A DNA stretch of 64,000 nt from Dehalococcoidia bacterium UBA5748 (GTDB taxonomy: Bacteria > Chloroflexota > Dehalococcoidia > Dehalococcoidales > UBA5627): positions 5,381 through 69,380 of the forward strand of contig DIFM01000026.1 in NCBI GenBank assembly GCA_002419135.1, given 5' to 3'. The stretch's first letter is position 1, and each line of letters starts with the position of its first letter. Position numbers and translations under genes: made by a program. Under the pieces are notes generated by a model. That model saw only the letters and a list, made by a program, of their open reading frames with translations. It was not told the origin of the DNA and did not search any database. Positions 57,825-64,000 of this stretch are shown here, in pieces.

Positions 57825-58163
57825 TTAAAGCGGAAAAATCGTCCTGATTAAAATCATATAGCACAGGGTGCCTCCGGCAATACTCCAGAAGATATTTTTT
57901 CTCCACAGGTGAACCACCACAACAACAGCAACGGAAATCAATTCCGCCAGCCCGAAGGGGAACTCGGTAAGGTCGATTGACCTCAAACAATAAATCACCA
58001 GTGTCGCCATAATAGCCCCGGGCAGAACTTTCCCCAAATAATTTATGAACCTAGGTAACTCTTTTTTATTGCCGAATACCATAAACGGCAGTGCCCTGGT
58101 TATCCATGTCATGATTGCAGTTACCGCGAATATGGCGACGGCATCCCACACCGGAATATTCAC
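57825..58163 (-). CDS. azlD: branched-chain amino acid exporter small subunit AzlD
   Basis: 112 aa with 3-4 TM helices. Overlaps the azlC stop by 4 nt. Confidence 0.85.
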   Translation of the reverse strand: MNIPVWDAVAIFAVTAIMTWITRALPFMVFGNKKELPRFINYLGKVLPGAIMATLVIYCLRSIDLTEFPFGLAELISVAVVVVVHLWRKNIFWSIAGGTLCYMILIRTIFPL

Positions 58164-58867
58164 GATGCGGACACCTCTTTTACTGTTTCAATTCTTCCTT
58201 TAAGTAATGCCAGTAACAGTACCGTAAAGCATAATGAAGGCATTATAAAATTATCGGGCCCCATTATAAGCAGGAATAGAATAGCTGAAATTAAGCCGAT
58301 TATAACCGGAGTAAATGCTTTGACCTGCTTGATATGGTTTATCAGGAGGATAACAAACAGTGCCGTCATACAGAAGTCTATTCCGGTTAAGTCGAAAGGA
58401 ATCAACGTGCCGATGAGCACTCCCAATACGGAGCCGCTAATCCACCAGCAGTGGTTGAACAACGATATATAAAAAGCCGCTTTATCGGGGTCTACTCCCT
58501 CAGGATACTTACATGTACTTAGCAAAACATAGGTTTCGTCAGTCAGAGACATTACCATATAGGGGTATTTCCAGCCCATCCGGCGGTACCGATCGATAAA
58601 CCCCAACCCATAGAAAATATGCCTTGAATTAATCAGAAGGGTCATAATGGCAACCGTTAAAAGCGAAGCGCCGGTAACCAGCAGGGGTACCATAAAATAC
58701 TGCATCGAACCTGCATATATGAAAAGACTGCCGAACAAAGCCCATAGGGCATTGTAGCCTGCTTCCTGAAGCATTATGCCGAACCCGATACCCAAAAACA
58801 GGTATCCGAATATTATCGGGATGGTCTTTTTAAAAGCAAATACTGCTGTCTTACTTATTTTACTCAC
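58160..58867 (-). CDS. azlC: AzlC family branched-chain amino acid exporter
   Basis: Polytopic protein. FKKTIPIIFGYLFLGIGFGIM is a typical AzlC N-terminus. The start is uncertain (GTG at 58867 chosen; the ORF opens at 58963). Confidence 0.8.
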   Translation of the reverse strand: MSKISKTAVFAFKKTIPIIFGYLFLGIGFGIMLQEAGYNALWALFGSLFIYAGSMQYFMVPLLVTGASLLTVAIMTLLINSRHIFYGLGFIDRYRRMGWKYPYMVMSLTDETYVLLSTCKYPEGVDPDKAAFYISLFNHCWWISGSVLGVLIGTLIPFDLTGIDFCMTALFVILLINHIKQVKAFTPVIIGLISAILFLLIMGPDNFIMPSLCFTVLLLALLKGRIETVKEVSAS

Positions 58868-59247
58868 CCCTAAAACTTTTACATTCACATTCTTATAAAA
58901 GTCGAATGCGCATACAAAGCCCTTATATGATAATAAGTAGTAATTATAACACCGAAAAGACAATCAGATAAACGATTACAAGAGAAAAGGGCACCTTGGA
59001 ATATATTATGGGAATTATGAACCGTTTTCTCCCTGCCGCCGGCTCCGCAAGTTCATTAAAAATATTGATAAAAGCAGTACCAAAGTTCTTTTTTTTATGC
59101 TAATATTTTAAGAAACCTCTGAAAAAGCCGGTATTGCTGTATAATTGAAAAATATTTTCTTTCAATTCAATTTATCTTACCGAACTTAATACCTCTGTCT
59201 AAAAGATGTAGGAATAACGAAGTTTGAAACAGGTTAATACCCCGGCC

Positions 59248-60981
59248 TTACGGTCGGGGGAAGTTTATTTCCACTATTTTGAACTGGGTAACATCTACCA
59301 ATCCTAAATCCGTCAGCCGTAGTTCAGGTATTACCGGCAATGCCATAAAAGAGAGAGTGGCAAAAGCATCCGGCAGCGTTGCTCCCAGTTTGCCGGCAAT
59401 TCTCTTCAGATTCTGCAGTTTCTCCGATACTGTTTCCAGTGGTTCTACAGACATCAAACCCCCGATAGATAATTGCAGGCTCCCCAACACCTTGCCGTCG
59501 GCAACTACCGTTAGCCCGCCCTGCAGTCTTTCTATCTCTTTAATAGCGGTGTAAATATCGTCATCGTTGGTTCCGGCGGCGATAACATTATGGGAATCAT
59601 GACCTACCGAAGTCGCTATAGCGCCCCTTTTCAACCCCAGCCCTTTAATAAGTCCTTTTCCGATATTTCCGCTGGCATGATGTCTCTCTATCACCACCAG
59701 TTTTAAAATATCACTTTCGGTATCGGGGCAAATATACCCGTCTTTAACTTGAACCTTTTCTGTTTTCTTTTTGGTAACGATTTGCCCGGGCACAATTTCG
59801 ATTACAAGGCCGGTATCGTCTTTAGCTTTAAGTTTAAGGTCTGTCGTCTCAAAAGGCTTAATCCTGACCGAATTTGTCGGGCGTTTAACCTCATACGGCT
59901 TGATATCGAACAATGCCTTTCCATTTTTGGCTACCGGTTTCCCTTTATAGAAAACCATATCTATATCGAAGTCAGCCAACTTATTAAACGTGATGAGGTT
60001 GGCCGTATATCCGGGTGCTATGGCTCCCATTCCCTTAAGCCCGAAGTATTCGGCGCTATTGATAGTTGCCAGTTGAATTGCCCTTACCGGCTCCAGTCCC
60101 AGTCTGATTGCCTTGCGTACCACGGCATCGATATCGCCGTCGTTTAAGAGGTCGGAACAACTGCGGTCATCGACTACGAACATACAGCGTTTATAAGTTT
60201 TATCGGTTACCAGGGGCAGCAGTTCTTTCAGGTTCTTTTCCGAAGAGCCCTCCCTTATCATTATATGCATCCCCTTCTTAAGCTTCTCGGCAGCTTCAGC
60301 TAAAGATACACACTCGTGGTCGGAGTAGATGCCGGCGGAAATATAGGCATTTAAATCCTTACCGGATAAGCCGGGGGAATGCCCGTCTGTTATCTTATCC
60401 CGGAATAGGTTAATCTTATCCAGAACGTTGCCATCCCTGTAAATAACACCCGGAAAGTTCATCATCTCGCCTAACCCGATAACATTCTTCAAGTTTTTAA
60501 TTTGGCGCAGTTCTATCGACGTGATATTGGCTCCGGAGGTTTCCATATTTGTTGCCGGAACACAGGACGGAGCCATAAGAAATAAATCCAGCGGCAGTTT
60601 CCTGACTCCGCCAAGAATGTAGCGGATAGCGTCCAATCCGCAGACGTTGGTGAGTTCATGCAAATCGGTAACAACCGCCGTCGTGCCTCTGGAAACAACA
60701 GCTTTGGCGTATTGTCCTATATCCAGCATAGAGCTTTCGATATGGGTATGTCCGTTGATTAAACCGGGTGCCAGGTACTTACCCTCTAAGTCTATTACCT
60801 TTTTAGCTTTGGTATAATCCTCGATGCCGGCTATCCTGCCTTTATAAACGGCAACATTACCGGATTCAATTTCACCCGAGAAAACGTTTACAATTTTTGC
60901 GTTGGCAAAAACCAAATCGGCAGGTTTATCACCTTTAGCTACCGATATTAAATCAACTATACTATCGGACATTAATCTCAC
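59248..60981 (-). CDS. ade: adenine deaminase
   Basis: 577 aa. GLINGHTHIESS metal site, and amidohydrolase plus Ade C-terminal domains. Confidence 0.92.
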   Translation of the reverse strand: MRLMSDSIVDLISVAKGDKPADLVFANAKIVNVFSGEIESGNVAVYKGRIAGIEDYTKAKKVIDLEGKYLAPGLINGHTHIESSMLDIGQYAKAVVSRGTTAVVTDLHELTNVCGLDAIRYILGGVRKLPLDLFLMAPSCVPATNMETSGANITSIELRQIKNLKNVIGLGEMMNFPGVIYRDGNVLDKINLFRDKITDGHSPGLSGKDLNAYISAGIYSDHECVSLAEAAEKLKKGMHIMIREGSSEKNLKELLPLVTDKTYKRCMFVVDDRSCSDLLNDGDIDAVVRKAIRLGLEPVRAIQLATINSAEYFGLKGMGAIAPGYTANLITFNKLADFDIDMVFYKGKPVAKNGKALFDIKPYEVKRPTNSVRIKPFETTDLKLKAKDDTGLVIEIVPGQIVTKKKTEKVQVKDGYICPDTESDILKLVVIERHHASGNIGKGLIKGLGLKRGAIATSVGHDSHNVIAAGTNDDDIYTAIKEIERLQGGLTVVADGKVLGSLQLSIGGLMSVEPLETVSEKLQNLKRIAGKLGATLPDAFATLSFMALPVIPELRLTDLGLVDVTQFKIVEINFPRP

Positions 60982-60987
60982 TCCCTT

Positions 60988-61521
60988 TTATTTATTTTCT
61001 TCCATAATGCAAATATCGGGAAGATTTCGAAATTGCTGATTATAATCCAATCCGTAACCGACGACGAATTTATCGGGAATATTAAAACCGAGATAATCAA
61101 TATCTACAGGCAAGGTATGTTGCGATGGTTTGCTGCTTAAGGCACAGACTTTTACAGAAGCTGCTTTTTTATCTTTTAATTTATCTTTAAGAAATTCAAT
61201 GGTCAATCCGCTGTCAACAATATCTTCGACTATCAGTACGTGCCTGTTTTCAACTTCAAAAATAATGTCCTGTATAACTTTAATTTTTCCCGAGCTTTTT
61301 GTACCCTTGCCATAACTGGAAAGCCTTACGAATTCTACCTCCAGCGGAAAGTCCAACTCACGAACCAAATCCGCCGTAAACATAAAAGACCCTTTAAGAA
61401 TAGATATAAGGAGCGGATTTTTATCTTTATAATCCCGGCTTATCTGCTGCGCTAAAAACTTGATTTTAGAGGCTATCTCATCACGGCTGTATAATACGCT
61501 CAATTTATCTGAAAATGTCAT
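60988..61521 (-). CDS. hpt: hypoxanthine phosphoribosyltransferase
   Basis: 177 aa. PRPP motif VLIVEDIVDSGLT and KVCALSSKP. Confidence 0.93.
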   Translation of the reverse strand: MTFSDKLSVLYSRDEIASKIKFLAQQISRDYKDKNPLLISILKGSFMFTADLVRELDFPLEVEFVRLSSYGKGTKSSGKIKVIQDIIFEVENRHVLIVEDIVDSGLTIEFLKDKLKDKKAASVKVCALSSKPSQHTLPVDIDYLGFNIPDKFVVGYGLDYNQQFRNLPDICIMEENK

Positions 61522-61763
61522 AATAACTGAGATTATAAACCCTGCCTCTTGAGTTGTCTACACTTAAACGGCAGCCCTATCCACCAGCCGTAAAACTTAA
61601 ACTGTGTAGAAAAGATTGGCATTTCTGTGTATAATATATACGGCTAAGTGTTCCTGATTGCATTTAGAAAAAACTGAAAAGGCAATATGCCCCGTTCCGC
61701 TATATAAAATATTCCAAATCATTCAGTTTAAGCCGACTACGATTTTAGAGAAAGAAGTGAGAA

Positions 61764-62525
61764 ATGAATAAACCGAGGTTAAATATAATCACTCCTCTCG
61801 AGGAGGAATTATCCCTGCTCCGTGATGGTATTGAAACACCTGTTCAGGAGGAATACGCGGGGATTATATTTGTTTCGGGTTTACTTTCCGGTGTGCCCGT
61901 TATAGTCGCCAAGAGCGGGGTGGGCAAGGTGAATGCTGCGCTTGCTGCGCAGATTATGATAGACCGCTTTGATGCGGATAGGCTTGTTCTGCTTGGAGTA
62001 GGCGGTATAATAAATAACAATTTGAGTATCGGAGATGTTGTTGTATCAAGGGATGTCAGATATCATGACGTCAATGCGGTGGGGCTAGGCTTCGCACCGG
62101 GGGAAGTCCCGTTTCTAGGTATTAATATATTTAATGCCAGTCAAACACTTATTGAAAAAGCCGAGCAGGCTTCCCGACAGGCTTTATCTAAACTGCAGGA
62201 TAGATATTTTGCAATTCACAGACCGAATAACCGCAAACCTAAGGTACTTGTTGGCACTATTCTTACCGGTGACCAGTTTATTTCAGGAGTTGAAAAAAAG
62301 AAACAACTTATCGAGTCTTTTGGCGGAGATTGCGTGGATATGGAGGGGGCGGCGGTAGCTCAGGTAGCACACCTTAACAACCGGCAGTTTGTTATTATTA
62401 GAGCGCTATCGGATGAATGTGGATATAATGCCGAGAACTATTTCTATGATTACTTGAATAAAATAGCTCCACAGTTATTATTCGAGATTGCCGTTAATTT
62501 AGCCGTCGGGTTGAATAATAATTAG
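61764..62525 (+). CDS. mtnN: 5'-methylthioadenosine/S-adenosylhomocysteine nucleosidase
   Basis: 253 aa. KSGVGKVNAA, TGDQF, VDMEGAAVAQV and IRALSD motifs. Confidence 0.9.
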   Translation: MNKPRLNIITPLEEELSLLRDGIETPVQEEYAGIIFVSGLLSGVPVIVAKSGVGKVNAALAAQIMIDRFDADRLVLLGVGGIINNNLSIGDVVVSRDVRYHDVNAVGLGFAPGEVPFLGINIFNASQTLIEKAEQASRQALSKLQDRYFAIHRPNNRKPKVLVGTILTGDQFISGVEKKKQLIESFGGDCVDMEGAAVAQVAHLNNRQFVIIRALSDECGYNAENYFYDYLNKIAPQLLFEIAVNLAVGLNNN

Positions 62526-62679
62526 CTTTAATAAATATAGAGCTGATCAAGCATCAGGATTTTCCCCGAACAGAGACAATTGAAAACCATAAAAGTGGCT
62601 AATAAACCATTCGTTGAAAAACTCATTCAGTTTATCGGAAATCTGAGAGAGATAACAGCTTGGGTCTCTTGTATCGAAT

Positions 62680-63432
62680 CTACATACAGACCGTCTTGAA
62701 ATCCAGATACTGTTTTAATATCATGGTGCCACCGCCTTCGGAAACGATTTTCTTGACACCCGAAGTATTCTTTATCAGCGACCCTGCCAGGTGAGTTACA
62801 GGGGTATCATTAAAAGCCGGTGGATACATCAGAGTTGAAGGACCCAGTACAATAACGGCTCGCGGATTGCCAAGCCCTGCTATCAAATCATTAAACGTAC
62901 CGGTGATGATGGAAGTGGCGGTGATAATCGCTACGCTGCACTCTGCCAGCTCTTTCCTTCCGTCCTCGGGAGAGATGGTTCCTGGTCTGTTGCTTTTAAG
63001 CTCAAGTATATCGAGTTTACATCCTGTCTGTTTTAGCTTGGGAATAACCGGACCGAAAAATCCCACCATTACTACTTTATCTTCTGCATTTACATCGACT
63101 ATATCAAAGGCATCCTTCTCGGCATACTTCCGGTCTGGGAGCCCGGCAACCAGTGCGTTGGCGGTTGCCAGCCCTATCGTGCGCGAGAGGGGTTTTTCAT
63201 CCCACTCAAGCATTTCCAGTAGCTCCGAAGCAGGGCTGCCTGCCAGTTTTCCGGCTCTGTTTTCGTGCGTGCAGCTGCCGGCATCGTTATTAGCCGTCCA
63301 GGCTACACCCATATTGTCGTTATCCAGTTGAACACAGGTATATCCGAGTCCTATTCGGACGTCAGCCACATTAACCCCTTCGGATGCCGGAATTAAATGA
63401 GATACTATCTTGCTTTGAATTGAATTATCCAT
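62680..63432 (-). CDS. DUF4213/DUF364-type protein (putative metal-chelation Rossmann-like)
   Basis: 250 aa. VRIGLGYTCVQL N-domain and VVMVGFFGP...AIITATSIITGT C-domain pattern, recalled from memory. Confidence 0.75.
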   Translation of the reverse strand: MDNSIQSKIVSHLIPASEGVNVADVRIGLGYTCVQLDNDNMGVAWTANNDAGSCTHENRAGKLAGSPASELLEMLEWDEKPLSRTIGLATANALVAGLPDRKYAEKDAFDIVDVNAEDKVVMVGFFGPVIPKLKQTGCKLDILELKSNRPGTISPEDGRKELAECSVAIITATSIITGTFNDLIAGLGNPRAVIVLGPSTLMYPPAFNDTPVTHLAGSLIKNTSGVKKIVSEGGGTMILKQYLDFKTVCM

Positions 63433-63566
63433 TAAAACTGCTACCTCTTGTCAAATACTGTTAAGATGTGAAACTGTGATAATTTATAACACTCACAGTA
63501 TATCCGTGTCAATATTACGGAAAGGTAATTATCAACCGGCTGTTTTATCACTATTCTTTGGATGAA

Positions 63567-64000
63567 CTATTTAAGATTTTCCAATCTTTTTTGCAGCCCG
63601 GTTGTTACAATTTCCATGTGGCGCGGTTTATCGATATCCATTCCGGCTTCGGCAAAGGGGCATATGACGGCTTTCCCTGTAACCTTCAAATTCTTTGATA
63701 TATTTCTCTCAGCTCTTTTCAATGTTAATTGACCTATTATATAAAGAAAAAGGGTGCCAAAGCCGATTAGTGCTGCCTGTTTTAGCGGGCTTTTACGGGC
63801 ATCTGCCAGTTTCTTGCGCATGCCTTTACTTCCTTCCAGTAAAATACGCAAACTGAATACGTGTAGATCGCTGCCGCAGAGCTTTATATCCTTGAACTTG
63901 ATGAATGTTCTGCAGGAGTTCGGAAATCTTTTCTCCATAACCTCGCGGGAGATTACATTATAAAACATATCTTTGTTTTCGCCGCCGGTGGCGTTTATTA
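63567..64000 (-). CDS. hypothetical protein, possibly MobA-like nucleotidyltransferase; 5' end outside window
   Basis: The reading frame stays open upstream of the tracked Met to the window edge (INATGGENKDMFYNV...). The C-terminal AEAGMDIDKPRHMEI pattern resembles the NTP_transf_3 family. Confidence 0.5.
   Translation of the reverse strand, partial: INATGGENKDMFYNVISREVMEKRFPNSCRTFIKFKDIKLCGSDLHVFSLRILLEGSKGMRKKLADARKSPLKQAALIGFGTLFLYIIGQLTLKRAERNISKNLKVTGKAVICPFAEAGMDIDKPRHMEIVTTGLQKRLENLK

Noticed and set aside
61527-61640. Purine riboswitch upstream of the hpt-ade operon (or of mtnN)
   Set aside because: A hairpin-rich leader exists (tctacac...gtgtaga). I could not fit the conserved purine-riboswitch junctions (UAUAAU..., CCGUAAAUG, GACUAUG) on either strand.

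Overview
64-kb chromosomal window from an unidentified bacterium. The recA-recX-rny-ymdB order, the anaerobe-type gene content and the dense short intergenic repeat families suggest a Chloroflexota/Dehalococcoidia-like genome, but that is a guess. I call about 62 protein genes and one tRNA (Arg-CCT). I see no rRNA, CRISPR array, transposase or integrase. Most of the window is housekeeping: lysC, nhaA, recA, recX, rny, plsY, a Sir2 deacetylase, argC, tatA/B/C, nadA, cutA, cysE, an NSS transporter, an ABC-F ATPase, maf, ade, hpt and mtnN. Accessory regions: (1) A mosaic island of about 8 kb (roughly 32.6-40.6 kb) abuts the tRNA. It holds an 86-aa stub of a type III-like Mod methylase. Next come a very AT-rich, translationally coupled pair: a PLD-nuclease/SNF2-helicase fusion of 1121 aa and a PglX/MmeI/Eco57I-like N6-adenine methyltransferase of 1110 aa. 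A pRiA4b-ORF3-like gene follows. This is my best candidate for an undescribed ATP-dependent restriction-modification-like defence module. (2) An ECF sigma/anti-sigma pair is divergent from three exported proteins, one of which has a caspase-fold-like His/Cys dyad. (3) A four-gene two-component block contains a 2092-aa REC-GAF-PAS(x9)-kinase and an HD-GYP response regulator. (4) A Fic gene is bracketed by members of a dispersed repeat family. (5) Several families of short palindromic or mosaic intergenic repeats recur at about 7.8, 11.0, 15.9-16.3, 19.9-20.1, 53.3 and 54.6 kb. All family assignments come from motif recognition by eye; no searches were run. Start codons were refined from the ORF track by arithmetic, and some are uncertain by one alternative start.
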